64,000 bases of DNA, taken from Candidatus Obscuribacterales bacterium (lineage in GTDB: Bacteria > Cyanobacteriota > Vampirovibrionia > Obscuribacterales > Obscuribacteraceae). Location of the stretch: positions 672,001 to 736,000 of the forward strand of contig CBDDIJ010000005.1 of the NCBI GenBank assembly GCA_965228855.1. Reading direction: 5' to 3'. Made by a program: the position numbers and the translations under genes. Shown here in pieces: positions 11,501 through 20,400 of the stretch. Below the pieces are notes generated by a model that saw only the letters and a list, made by a program, of their open reading frames with translations, searched no databases and was not told the DNA's origin. Each line of letters opens with the position of its first letter. Positions within the stretch are counted from its first letter, which is position 1.

Positions 11501-14500
11501 CAATATCAATGTCGGCGCATTCAATCCGCCGGCAATATTGGCGTCAATAATCAGGTTAGTGGTCGCTGTCAGAGCGATGCTGCTTGTGCCGGTTACCGCG
11601 CCATTGAGGGTGAAGAAGCCACCCGACGTCGTCAAATTGACCGCATTGGCGTCGATCGTACCAGCCACTGTGCTGGTGATGTTTCCAGTGGCGTTGAGGA
11701 GGAACACATCGAAGGCACCGGATGCACCATTGACGTTGATACCGCCCGCCGTATCACTGATAAACACGTTGGCGATTGGTGCGTTCGCGGTCAAGTTGAC
11801 AGCATCAATGCTCAGCGCCCCACCGACACCGAGAGCGCCGATTTCACCATTGTTTACCAGCAGGTTGAGCTGGTTGACGGCCCCACCTGAAGTGAACAAA
11901 CCACCTGCGATGCTTGAATTGAGAATTGAATCATTAGAAACGAGGTTGATCGTTTGCGCGTCGACAAAAGCATCAAGCACGAGCTTGCCACCAACTGCAG
12001 TCAGTGAAGCCGTTGTTCCGGCAGTCACCGTTCCACTGCTGGTCAGATCGACAGGAGCGCTTGCCGTGAAGAACGTTCCAGCGCTGCTTGCGCCGGGACC
12101 AAAGTTCATATTGCCCGTGGTATCAACCAGCGTGACGGAACCTGTCGCGTTCGCCACCACATTCGTGAAATCAACAGTCGTAATGTTGATGTCGTTCAAG
12201 CTGCTGAGATTGATATTCGGAGCGAACAATCCACCAGAAATTGACGCATCGCTTATTGTTGCGCCGGAGAACAAATTGATCGTGAGCGCAGTCACTGGTC
12301 CGTCAAGGACAAAGCTACCGGTCGACGTTGCATCTACGTCAAATGTGATTGTGCCACCCGCAAAGACAGCAGAATTGCTGGTCAAGTTACCGTTGGCAAT
12401 AGTTACGGTGATATCCCCGCCCGCTGATGTGTCGTCGACACCAAAATTGAAGCCATTCGCATCAGACAGGATGATGTCCCCGGAGGCGATTGCCGAAAGA
12501 TTAACGAAGTCAATCGTTGAGAGATTGATCGAATTCGAGAAACTGTTCAGATTAATCTGTGGGGCAGACACTCCACCAGTCACGCTGGCGTTCACAATCG
12601 AGTCGTCGGATCTCAGGGATACTGATGTTGTACCAGTGACCGAACCTGCAAGAGTCAAACCGCCACCAGTAGCCTCAAGGGCAACTACATCCGCGGCGAT
12701 CGCTCCGGAGCTGGAGAGATCATCGAAAGCAACAATGTCGATTGTCGATAAAGCAGTTGCACTGACAATGTTCGTCGAGAAGATATCGCGAACAAACGCA
12801 GAGCCGGCGGTAGCCGAAAGCGTGAGATTGTCGGAGTCGACGGTGAAGCGAGACGAATCGTCGGTTCCGATACTTCCCGTATTAGCATCGAGGGTAATGG
12901 TAGGTGCGATAACAGCACTTCCAACAACGTTTGTGATGTTGGTTTCCGCCAATAAATTGGCGGCGGTCGTCGCCGTCACATCAGAGCCGAGGTTGATTGC
13001 CCCAAGTTCAGAGGTGAGATTCACGGTGTCAGCCGAAATCGTGCCGGTGCTCGTGATATCTCCCGCAGTGGCAACGATGTTGAACGAGTTAAGCGCACTG
13101 CTTCCACCTGCATTATCGGCAAGATTGACGCCGTTTGCAGCCCGCACGAATACATCGCCGAAGCCGGCGTTAGCGGTGAGGTCAGTCACATCAACGTTCA
13201 GATAGTCGCCAGATGCACCGATGTCACCGCTGTACGACGTCAGATTGAGAGCCGGCGTCGACAAGCCACCAACTAGATTGGCGTTAAGAATATCGTCATC
13301 AGAAGCTATGCTGACGGCTGTGACTGCAGTGACCAGGTTATTCAACTGAACGAATGCAGAACCGGACGAAAGGTTGACTTCATCACCCGATAGAGGACCA
13401 TTGACAGTGACACCATTCTCGCCGTCCAGGCTGATGTCATCAGTCGTCGTGATGTTCTGAGTCGTCAACTGATTGTCCGCTTGCATAAACACCGGACCGC
13501 TGGCGTTCACGTTGCCGCCGGAATTGATGTCATTACCGGCGTAGATGTCTATAGATGTTCCAGAAGTGATGTCCGAAACGATAACATCGTTGTTGGCGAA
13601 GACAAACACGTCCGTGCCGGTGTTGAGTGCGCCGTTAACAGTTGCATCATTGCCTGCCACGATACTGATGGATGACGTCGCGGATGTGACGTCGCCGTTT
13701 GTGGTGATATCACTGCCATCGATACTGATCAAATCAACTGCGTTCAATACATCGAGCGTATCAACGTCTCCACCGGTGGAGCTGATGAACAGACCGAATC
13801 CGGAGTTAACAGAGCTGTTGACACTGATGTCACCGACTGCGGAGATGACCACATCCCCTGTATTCGTCGTTATGGCGCCGAGTGTGGTGAGTGTCGATTG
13901 AGAATCGATAGAGACGAGGTTACCGGCGGAAAGTGTATTTGAAGTCGTCACACCGTTGCCGCTGATATCGATGTCGACGCCGGCGGAAACCAATCCGGTT
14001 ATGTTGGCAGTTCCGACGTTCGCAGCCAGAATCACAGAGCCGGAGGTAGCGGAAACAGTTCCGAGAGTTTGAATCGAGTCTCCGGAAATCGTGGCGTCAC
14101 CACCGGCGGTGATGCCCTGGAACGTTGTAATGTTGCCGCCGGTCGCAAAGAGTGTGACATCACCAGCCGCGTTGACAGTGTCGAAAGTATTTATCGCGCC
14201 GTTCGCGGTCGCAAAAACATCACCATTAGCGGAAACCGGTCCACTCGTGGAGATCGAGCCGTTAGAGTCCAGATCGATATTATTGTCAGCCGTCAACGCT
14301 GCACTCGCCGTTAGAGTGGTGTTGGCTGATAGAGCAATATTGCCGCCAGCTGTGATGTCGTTCTGAACATCAATCGAATCGGCAGTGATATCGGTCGAGT
14401 TGCCGCTGTCGATTGTTCCGACATTGCTGAATGCTCCATCGGCAACAAGACCGATGTTGAACTGGGCAAACGAATTACCCAAAACGGTGACGTCGTTCAA

Positions 14501-17500
14501 ATCGTGGATGTAAGCAGAGCCGTTGGTGGCCGTGAAGGTCAAATTGTCAGCATCGATATCGAGGTCGTTCGAAACCGAACCAATATCTCCTGCTGTGGAG
14601 GTCAACTCAAGGTTGGCAACTGCGCCGCCGAAGCCGTTGCTCAAGCCACCCGAGATGCTGGTGTTGAGAATTGAGTTGGCGGATGTAAGCTTGATGCTGT
14701 TGGTACCAGCCACAGCTCCATCGAGATCAAAACCGCCTGCAGTGGCAGTGAGATTCACATCAGTAGCGAACACAGAGCCGGTGCTAGTCAGGTTGTTCGC
14801 AGCCGTGACTTCAAATGTCGAGAGGGCAGACGATGCGCCTGGTCCGAGGTTAACTGAGTTCGGATCGGAGAACCAGACGTTGCCATTTGCGGCGTTCAAC
14901 GTGACGCTCTGCGCATCAAGGTTCAACGGAAGCGCCGAATTCGTTCCTATATTTGCGAGCAACGAAGTCAGATTGATTCGAGGCGAAACCAGAGATGCTC
15001 CGAGGTCGACAGTTTGAATACTTTGACCGGCCGTGAGATTGATCGAAGTCAATCCTGTGATGACAGTACCGGCACCCAGAGTGAAGACACCGTTAGTGGC
15101 GGTCAAGTCAACAACGTTTGCAGTGATGTTGCTTGTGTTACTGATACCGAAATCAGCGGTTAATTTCAATGTTCCGAAAACGTTCGAGGCACCGCCGCCG
15201 AGATTGACAGAGTTCAAATCCGTCAGTGTTGCGCTGCCGTTTGGAGCAGTGATGCGGAGGTCGTCGACGTCAATGATGAGCGAGCTGACCGAGCCGATGT
15301 TGGCTAGGTCAGATTGAACGGAAAGAACGGGTGATGTTATCTGAGCCGTACCTTCGACATTGAAGCTGGCGCGCAGGTCGACTCCACTCACACCGGTGAT
15401 GGTGTTGAGAATATTGATGTTACCGCCTGACGAGCGCAGAGTGACGGTATCACCCGCGATGGCGCCCGAGTTACTCAGGGTGCCCTGAGCTAAAATGTTG
15501 AAGTCGCCTTGAACCGTGGCAGCAAGGAGGTTGACCTCGTCGATGTCCTGGACGTAAACCGAACCCAGCGGAGCGTCTACGTAGAGGTTATTTGCATCCA
15601 CGCGCACTCTTTGAGAGACCGAACCGATATCGGTGTTCTGTGATACCAGATTGACTGTGGGTGCCGAGACGAGAGAACCGACTCCGGCGCCGATGATGCC
15701 GTTGACAGAGGTAAAGTTGATTGTTCCGAAATTACTCGTCACGGAAGAGCCGGTCAGAGTCGTGATGGTGTCGGCATCAACGAACACATCTACGTTGGTC
15801 AGCGAGTTGCGCACGAAGGTGACGTTTGCGTCAACTCCGACTCCTGGTCCTGCGATCAAGCCGTTTCCTGACGCTATGGTTCCGTTGAGGTTGTAAACGA
15901 TGTTGCCACCGTTGGACGATATAGGCTGAGTTGTCGTGATGTTGATTTGGCCGGTGGAGGTGTTGCCACCGGTCGTGTTTATAAATCCGACGTTGACTGC
16001 ATTGCCATTTTGCAAACCAGCGATGATCGTGACATTACCATTGGCATCACCAGCCGTTCTGCCGCCGGTATTGATCGTCGTCGTTCCACCACCGATGTTG
16101 ACACGTCCGGAGCCGACGGTTCCGCCTTCAAATGCAGCGAGCAATACGTTGCCGCCCGCTCCGGCTGCGCCAGTTGAACGAGACGAGATCGTGACGTTAT
16201 TTCCGAGGAGGATGCTACCACCGGTAGCGGAAGCGAGCCCGGTAAGCGTTGTCCCTTGTGCGGTTCCTCCGCCGGGCAGAGTGGTGGAGTTCGTTCCAGC
16301 TACAAGTTGATCGGCGCCAGCTACGATTGTTATCGGGTAACCGGTCGCACCATCGCCAGCCGTGATAGTGATGTTGTTGACGCTGGATACGTTTCCACTG
16401 GCAATGATCGCCAGTTGTTCATTGACCGTAATGTTGCCGGCAATTGTGATATTCCCGCTATCATTTTTGAATGTTGGGTCGCCGGTCAGGCAAACTTCGC
16501 CAAGAACCAGCTCATCGGTTGAGGCGGTGACATGGGCTTCGGATCCCGTTTGATTCAAAACACCTGTCAGTTCGCCGACATGCGTTTGCATCACGCCGTT
16601 ACCAGCGTTCAAGTTCAATTCCTTCGAGAAGAAATCACCACCGGTAACGTTGGTGTTGAATGCGCCGGCATATTCTGAGTTTCTTACATTGATAGCGTTT
16701 GCAGCGGTGAAGGTACCGCCACCTGCATTGACATTCAACTCGGCTGTCGTGGGACCATCAATATTGATATCGCCCTTGAGCGATGTGACGGAGCCGGAAT
16801 TTAAAATGTTTGGTGCGTTGAGATTTACGTCACGCTTAGCGCTGACTTCAGACGCGTTTGTCAGGGTGTCGCCCGCGCTGAGTGTCAAATTGCCTTTGGA
16901 CGTTATGGTGCCATAGTTCGAGAGGTTGCCGCTAGCAAACAAGCCGAGGTCTGTTTCGGAGGATATAAGTGCTCCGGCTTGGTTGGTGATATCGTCGGCG
17001 CGAATTGCTCCACCATTTTTGTGGCTCGAATAGGTGTGAACAGTTCCGGCGTTAGTTAAGTCGCCCAAAAGTTTGAAATCTGAGCGTTTGCTGAAGTCAC
17101 CATATGTGGTGACGTTGACAGGAACAACGAGGTCGGATGCTCTCATCACGTCATTATTTGAGGTGATGCTGCCGAGATCGACTTCACCACCGATCGCCGA
17201 ACCGGAATTGTCGATTGTGATTTTCTGAGAGTTGCCAGAAAGGATTTGTTTAACGGCGATATACTCCGCCGCGCTCACTTGCGAACCAGCCTGAACTGTT
17301 TTGGTTTCGCCGCCGACGTTGATTTCAACTGCGGAAACCTTGCCGAACAGATTATTACCGAGCGTGATGTTGCGCGTCGTGGAAGTGAGGTCGAGACTCA
17401 CACCACCGCGTATATTGACAAGATTACTATCGACTTGCTGAATCGACTGATTGATAACACCTTGACGTTCGAGACGTTTTTCAATCCGCCTTGTAGTACC

Positions 17501-17788
17501 GGTGACTCGGACAGCATCGCTTATCGAGCTGACAGCCGGCATCGGGATAGAAGGAATCGAGATAACGGCTGGATCGGCGCTCCGGCCGCCGCCACCAAAT
17601 TCGGTGCGATACATTCTGCGCAATGCGCTGCGGTCGATACCGGCATTCGCATCGCGAAATTCGCGGAAGCTAGGTCTATCGTCTGCGGCTGCAGCTGAGT
17701 GAGCCGCCACGAGAAACAGGGAAGCGCTGATTACGCCAGCCCATCTTCTGCTGAACGAATTTCTTACACGTACGCTCTTCTTACTCAT
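5531..17788 (-). CDS. Giant (about 4085 aa) secreted beta-helix/filamentous-hemagglutinin-like repeat protein with a distinct C-terminal domain
   Basis: The track's 4150 aa ORF most likely starts at ATG 17788 (GGGGGA SD, MSKKSVRVRN matching the paralog start). Sec-type signal ending AHSAAA; G/T/S/A/N/D-rich degenerate repeats; S/T/A-rich linker; roughly 200 aa globular C-terminus. Confidence 0.9.
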   Translation of the reverse strand: MSKKSVRVRNSFSRRWAGVISASLFLVAAHSAAAADDRPSFREFRDANAGIDRSALRRMYRTEFGGGGRSADPAVISIPSIPMPAVSSISDAVRVTGTTRRIEKRLERQGVINQSIQQVDSNLVNIRGGVSLDLTSTTRNITLGNNLFGKVSAVEINVGGETKTVQAGSQVSAAEYIAVKQILSGNSQKITIDNSGSAIGGEVDLGSITSNNDVMRASDLVVPVNVTTYGDFSKRSDFKLLGDLTNAGTVHTYSSHKNGGAIRADDITNQAGALISSETDLGLFASGNLSNYGTITSKGNLTLSAGDTLTNASEVSAKRDVNLNAPNILNSGSVTSLKGDINIDGPTTAELNVNAGGGTFTAANAINVRNSEYAGAFNTNVTGGDFFSKELNLNAGNGVMQTHVGELTGVLNQTGSEAHVTASTDELVLGEVCLTGDPTFKNDSGNITIAGNITVNEQLAIIASGNVSSVNNITITAGDGATGYPITIVAGADQLVAGTNSTTLPGGGTAQGTTLTGLASATGGSILLGNNVTISSRSTGAAGAGGNVLLAAFEGGTVGSGRVNIGGGTTTINTGGRTAGDANGNVTIIAGLQNGNAVNVGFINTTGGNTSTGQINITTTQPISSNGGNIVYNLNGTIASGNGLIAGPGVGVDANVTFVRNSLTNVDVFVDADTITTLTGSSVTSNFGTINFTSVNGIIGAGVGSLVSAPTVNLVSQNTDIGSVSQRVRVDANNLYVDAPLGSVYVQDIDEVNLLAATVQGDFNILAQGTLSNSGAIAGDTVTLRSSGGNINILNTITGVSGVDLRASFNVEGTAQITSPVLSVQSDLANIGSVSSLIIDVDDLRITAPNGSATLTDLNSVNLGGGASNVFGTLKLTADFGISNTSNITANVVDLTATNGVFTLGAGTVITGLTSINLTAGQSIQTVDLGASLVSPRINLTSLLANIGTNSALPLNLDAQSVTLNAANGNVWFSDPNSVNLGPGASSALSTFEVTAANNLTSTGSVFATDVNLTATAGGFDLDGAVAGTNSIKLTSANSILNTSISGGLSNGFGGAVANLELTSTAGDIGSVSNDLDIDADNLTFTATNGSAYIHDLNDVTVLGNSFAQFNIGLVADGAFSNVGTIDSGNSTDITADSIDVQNDITAGGNIALSANTTLTASAALTADNNIDLDSNGSISTSGPVSANGDVFATANGAINTFDTVNAAGDVTLFATGGNITTFQGITAGGDATISGDSIQTLGTVSATSGSVILAANVGTANITGLVSAGVDIDISGNGVTTSNTLSAGNLVSIDSQSTLTTLGAITTNTGDVVISAVGDISVNSSVNSGFGLFISSTGGDVDTLDVLNAVDLISIDGSDITTNGDVTSATSSISIVAGNDATVNGALNTGTDVFVFANNDVIVSDITSGTSIDIYAGNDINSGGNVNASGPVFMQADNQLTTQNITTTDDISLDGENGVTVNGPLSGDEVNLSSGSAFVQLNNLVTAVTAVSIASDDDILNANLVGGLSTPALNLTSYSGDIGASGDYLNVDVTDLTANAGFGDVFVRAANGVNLADNAGGSSALNSFNIVATAGDITSTGTISADTVNLTSELGAINLGSDVTATTAANLLAETNITNVVGSAVIAPTITLDANTGSIGTDDSSRFTVDSDNLTLSATAGSAFVRDIFSTNIVSATALSTIDIVAFDDLSSSGAIAADVVALEATGGGLTLAGSVTGTTSVSLRSDDSIVNASVTGGVSAPQINLNSFSNSINLSTIDFVNLSAIASGDIILSDANGFNFGVDDTSAGGDITVTIANGNLTSNSAVFAGGTITFDVDATSTGSFVLDGPVTALTINLFSGATISDASISGGLFAPNINLSSLNDINITTVDFTNVVANATGSVTLVDTTGNMNFGPGASSAGTFFTASAPVDLTSSGTVTAGTTASLTAVGGKLVLDAFVDAQTINLVSNDSILNSSIAGGLFTSGGAVNQLNLLVNNGEIGALGVGGALSIDAVNLTANAPIANVFISDTAGGINVNGASGAFDVFLLNATGNITSTVAGTIDANAVNLTTSGGFFTLNGAVTGTSSIALTATTNLIIDANIAGGLNAPTLILTAQQIGAGSADRLDINTDNLIATATAGGVFVADADDLDVNSASATASIDIVATGNLHSSGLISAGDDVTLRAVNGDFLLNGEVRAVDTITLRSFDSILNANIAGGLTGAGGTAAVANLVLTSDNGDIGAGLDTLKIDAVNLGANTPAGSVFITDDGHLGDDNINVNVASAAQDTFELTANTDLTSSAGISGTTVFLNALGGSFTLAGSVQGLAEINLTSNGTIDNAAVVGGLSSPQINLASSANNIDITSIDFAQVSALAANGYVNLADANDISIGADSSLSGISFTVTAAGSVTVTGAITAGTTLSLTATGGSVNVNAPLEAVTIALSSNDSILDANVVGGLTADNFNFESTAGDISLSSLNLTNVIANAFGFVSLSDTTDSMTFNGASSAGTSFTAVAPINLNSTAAGTITAVDVDLTATGGAFDLDGAVTGTTSIKLTSSASILDANVSGGLNSGIGIPAAFLDLTSTNGNIGDILDFLNVDADVLRANAATGTVFVEDANNITLGGGSSAAGVAFGILSGGDITVNSNVTAPIVALTAGDDIILNADVAGATGVSLNAGDELTQTAGIVSGGLLTVDFGAASATLSTNVAQLTTVGDATDLTVLEADNIQLLSQVVDVLDVNSANGSITTGADLSLTALVLTSDTGNIDISNNITATGAVTFDTSTGNGSITQTAGTLITTPLLTMFSAAGGIGTGALPIRVVGTGAGAITVIAEAVGGDVNITYTGTNTISLDGSTGNNNFSVAALTGTIQTLDDIDGTGHLKLTTSNIIHSNTFDFDTIEVATAGSGSNLTISGTGGFFNSENGTTFDTLEGDMTFAGNTTFGGNGEAILTVKDLGGINNFFTVNGGVSVVGQNQLTVNACDLILTGSLSGNPLVVNCADAGTIANNNGSGDVNLSGNIIFNGGPFAIIASGNINTSGATLIDLTGTTNGGNLTLMAGVTFTPTTPGQTQNADTYTITGFSTQGGNINLSTVNILTVGNNGNGGAVTAIANNGITNAGIVNLGNIDTSGTATSGQVRIIGAGGVFTGDIDTTGGITSGNINIAVAKPVISGTIFVQNGAVTGGSFTTGVATNGDVLVGNITAPGRDVTILGALGAGDDISQRVATSIASNKLIVNTGVGTATFASTSVGELNTSGGGAITLLNEADGIILNGVAGVGQDVVINAGGTITVQGTGVNVDQLTLTGNSASGNAIVINAATTANDVDLISATGNIQLGAALTGNNSVDFNSNGAITQTAGTVSGNALSVSFGSGPVTLNTSVASLTTLSAGTLTINEANDITIGSQAVTALTVNSTAGNITTSADFLVNDLTLTATAGTIGITNDITATNSATLTASGGMTTTLGGSVITNNAVLSSAGAIGTDSANRFTIVANNMRVAAAQNAFVNNTLAGAVVLGNSIATNTLDIFTVGDLTGAGTASSANTVLATGGKFALTGALTGTTTLTLTANNNIVNADLTGTLTTPSLKLTSVTGSIGVDENNPFNVAAGIGTISGNALAATGSVFINSASTVGVNFAESTAGNDLSLASAGALTVTGDLTSVNGDLSVLGSGGFLTIGDNTTLTAFSSINVINTTSDKKAKLILGTGSTIVTNAKIAGLGDVTIAIGPSILPPGGNKTPKFTTVVENGGTVSFSGRRAKGLSPQNIFTAQGADILVSNNLRNNLIEIRGGVTVTADPPVPVGTPVYISYGKGVMHGADATTSSPAATTDSAFASELISSAPVASTAALQLVSLNNMTATNSLGSSNLLNSSDSATNLATASTNGLAGAVSTTADNSYMTTNAPSSMTFDVQLCTDMELGFSAGENGVSTRPHSDCVTMDHGSVLFVASKDTTVVSPKGTVKLAAGAIALVVADATHLSVYDVNDHHKRSVEVEVGGRSIPLAPGRHVTVTNDKCAQFAEVNAIEAMMHRNVGHHDMGNGRKAFTTEFSLPGAIQVLKPLKALLSSKHPEAQKVAAKVVKTSAIVLQLGQNGTAYEFHTKPKTVALNW

Positions 17789-18274
17789 ATTTCCCCCGAC
17801 TGGAATGTATGCTAAAGCGAGAAGACATGCGCCTTTTCCAGGCACAAACCTACTCGAATCTATTTTTAATTGGTCGTAGTTAACCGCGACACACGTCAAA
17901 CCGAACCACAAGTCCGTCAAGCGCCGGATTCGAGTCGAGCCACGACTGTCATCCCAGGTCGACGCCTGCGGAAACTGGGTCAAAAGTTACCATGCTGGAG
18001 ATCCGGTAATCTTAACTCCACGTGCGCAGGCTTTACGTGACAATGCTCACCTGCACTGGGGGTACGGTGAAAACTCGAGCAAAGGATTGGGAAAATTTAA
18101 GATTAAACTCGGTTTCGGGGCGTTAGAAGTGCGCAATTAAGTTCGTACTTGTTACATTCTGACAACAGCGGCGATACCGTTTCTGATACCAGCACATACA
18201 TGCATGCATCGAAAAATCAAATCGGTTCGTGGCCCGTACCTTTAATAGATAAACACCAAGAACTTGACCACCAC

Positions 18275-19381
18275 CTATTTCTTTTTAGCCGAGAGAAATT
18301 TTTCTTTTCGACTGACGAATTTACTGTACCGTCGAATTGATCCCTGGAAGATTCGAACGCGAATGATTGCATAAAGGATAGAACACAACGCATAGATCGC
18401 AAACTGACGCAAATCATCATCCTTGGGACATTCCCTCAGGGCATCGCTAATCTCTTTGCGGGTGACGTATAGAGCGCCGAAAGCCGTTTGAACATCTGCA
18501 TTACCACAGTCATTCAACGCGCTCAAGATATGCTTAGTTGCAACTGCCGAAACGCCATCGTTTGCAGCCGCATACATTGCGTCTACAAGCATCTGGTCGG
18601 CTTCTGCAGTAAAGCACATATCTACGCTACCACCGCGGGCGATGGCAGACATTCGGTCAAAACTCAGGGGATTCGCTCCATCGATTACTTTCCTTGCCGT
18701 CCCTGCTAAATCGCCTAACCCATAGGGTTTTCCAATCGCATTCAAATGCAAAGACAGCATCAACTGCCCAGCAGCAAAGCCATGATTGGTCAGAAGTGCA
18801 AGCAACACATGCTCGCAACCTATTTCCTGGCACCCCTGTCGCAGAGCCTCGGTCTTCGAAGCAGCCAGAATCAGCATTGCCGTCTGGCTCAAGCGAACGG
18901 TGCCACTATATTTAACACCAGACCCGAAATTGATCTGAGGGTAGTAAATCATGTTGTTGGCCGTCAGACGAAAGTTCTTCTGACGAACCACGTTATTATC
19001 GAAAAACTCTTTGTACGCTTGGGGTGAAACAGTAGCTCCGAGGTTTAACTTCTGAGTCTCGCTATCACCAGAGACAAAAGCCTGGAGTTCCTCCTCATCA
19101 GGCCAGAGCTGAGCCGGTAGCCTGGAGTTCGAGCTCTCAGCCTTCTTAGACTCAGCTTTTGGAACAGGCTTCGAACTGCGCTTTTCTCCGGACGCCTCGT
19201 TATTCCTGGAAGGAGGAGGCAAGATCGACTCCACGTTGGAATCTTCCGGAGCAAAAGACTCGAGCGGATGAAATTCGATCTCGTCTACATCAATTTCGCG
19301 CAAGTCAATGCCGTCGACCATAAAGCCAACGCTGTCGTTTCGCTCGGGCTCAGGATTTTTCAAATCCCCATCATCCGCCAT
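18275..19381 (-). CDS. Stand-alone Clp N-terminal (Clp_N/R-domain) repeat protein without an AAA+ domain
   Basis: Two Clp_N-like repeats: RLSQTAMLILAASKTEALRQGCQEIGCEHVLLALL and FTAEADQMLVDAMYAAANDGVSAVATKHILSAL; no Walker motifs. Confidence 0.7.
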   Translation of the reverse strand: MADDGDLKNPEPERNDSVGFMVDGIDLREIDVDEIEFHPLESFAPEDSNVESILPPPSRNNEASGEKRSSKPVPKAESKKAESSNSRLPAQLWPDEEELQAFVSGDSETQKLNLGATVSPQAYKEFFDNNVVRQKNFRLTANNMIYYPQINFGSGVKYSGTVRLSQTAMLILAASKTEALRQGCQEIGCEHVLLALLTNHGFAAGQLMLSLHLNAIGKPYGLGDLAGTARKVIDGANPLSFDRMSAIARGGSVDMCFTAEADQMLVDAMYAAANDGVSAVATKHILSALNDCGNADVQTAFGALYVTRKEISDALRECPKDDDLRQFAIYALCSILYAIIRVRIFQGSIRRYSKFVSRKEKFLSAKKK

Positions 19382-19452
19382 CGAATTTCCTCAACAAAAG
19401 CACAGATAGCACTCATCTCGAAGAGGCAAACTCGCGGTCATGGAGAGTTGCC

Positions 19453-20400
19453 TTACTTCGCACCAACAGTGGGAACTTGGGTCTCGAACCATGCAATAGT
19501 TTGCTTTAAACCATCCAGCAGCTCGGTTTGGGGATTCCAACCAAGTACTTCCCTGGCTCTAGTTATATCAGGAAGGCGACGGCGAGGATCATCGATCGGG
19601 AGTTCTTTGAAGACGATTTCACTGCGAGTTTTGGTTAGCTCTTTGATTATTTTCGCGATTTCGGAAACCGTTTTTTCCTGCGGATTTCCGAGGTTGATGG
19701 GCTGGTGACAGTCGGAGTTCATCGTGCGAACGATTCCATCTACCAGATCGGAAACGTACTGAAAGCTGCGCGTTTGTGAGCCGTCACCATATACGGTGAG
19801 TGGTTCTTTCTCCAAGGCCTGCCGTATGAAATTCGAAATCACTCTGCCATCGTCAAGGCGCAATCGAGGACCGTAGCAATTGAAGATACGAATGATACGC
19901 GTATCGAGACCGTGCATTTTGTGATATGCCATCGTGATTGCCTCGGCAAAGCGCTTAGCTTCATCATATACACCGCGCGGACCGATCGGGTTAACATTGC
20001 CCCAGTACGCTTCGGTTTGCGGATGAACCTCGGGATCCCCGTAGACTTCACTAGTACTGGCAAGCAGATACTTTGCGTTTTTCGTCGACGCCAGTCCGAG
20101 TGTGTTGTGAGTACCTAACGAATTGACCTTCAATGTTTGAATCGGCAATTCCAGATAATCGACTGGTGACGCTGGCGAGGCAAGGTGGACGACAAAGTCG
20201 ATATCACCTTTCACGTAAATATAATTCGACACATCGTGGTGGATGAATTCAAACTTGCTATTGCTCGTGTGTTGCTGAATGTTCTCGAATTTTCCGGTGA
20301 TCAGGTTATCCATGGCAATCACATAATTGCCTTCGGACATAAGTCGATCCACTAGATGGGAGCCGATGAAACCAGCCGCGCCAGTAACTAAAATTCTCAA
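19453..20400 (-). CDS. uxs: UDP-glucuronic acid decarboxylase (UDP-xylose synthase), extended SDR family
   Basis: GAAGFIG Rossmann motif, [46 protein letters not shown]; 4-bp overlap with ugd. Confidence 0.9.
   Translation of the reverse strand: MRILVTGAAGFIGSHLVDRLMSEGNYVIAMDNLITGKFENIQQHTSNSKFEFIHHDVSNYIYVKGDIDFVVHLASPASPVDYLELPIQTLKVNSLGTHNTLGLASTKNAKYLLASTSEVYGDPEVHPQTEAYWGNVNPIGPRGVYDEAKRFAEAITMAYHKMHGLDTRIIRIFNCYGPRLRLDDGRVISNFIRQALEKEPLTVYGDGSQTRSFQYVSDLVDGIVRTMNSDCHQPINLGNPQEKTVSEIAKIIKELTKTRSEIVFKELPIDDPRRRLPDITRAREVLGWNPQTELLDGLKQTIAWFETQVPTVGAK

Noticed and set aside
48..17702. Many long plus-strand ORFs (e.g. 11043-13205, 720 aa; 6630-7949, 439 aa; 9663-10712, 349 aa)
   Set aside because: Antisense shadows of the giant minus-strand genes; V/P/S/L/T-rich with no motifs, and open mainly because of the sense codon bias
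17730..17760. SRRW as a Tat signal in the giant protein
   Set aside because: No FLK-like consensus, and the paralog has VKQW at the same position
17789..17983. 65-aa N-terminal extension of the 4150-aa ORF from a TTG start
   Set aside because: The paralog, SD and signal peptide all point to ATG 17788
17789..18274. Possible c-di-GMP or other riboswitch upstream of the giant gene
   Set aside because: No recognisable riboswitch core seen by eye; an Rfam scan would be needed
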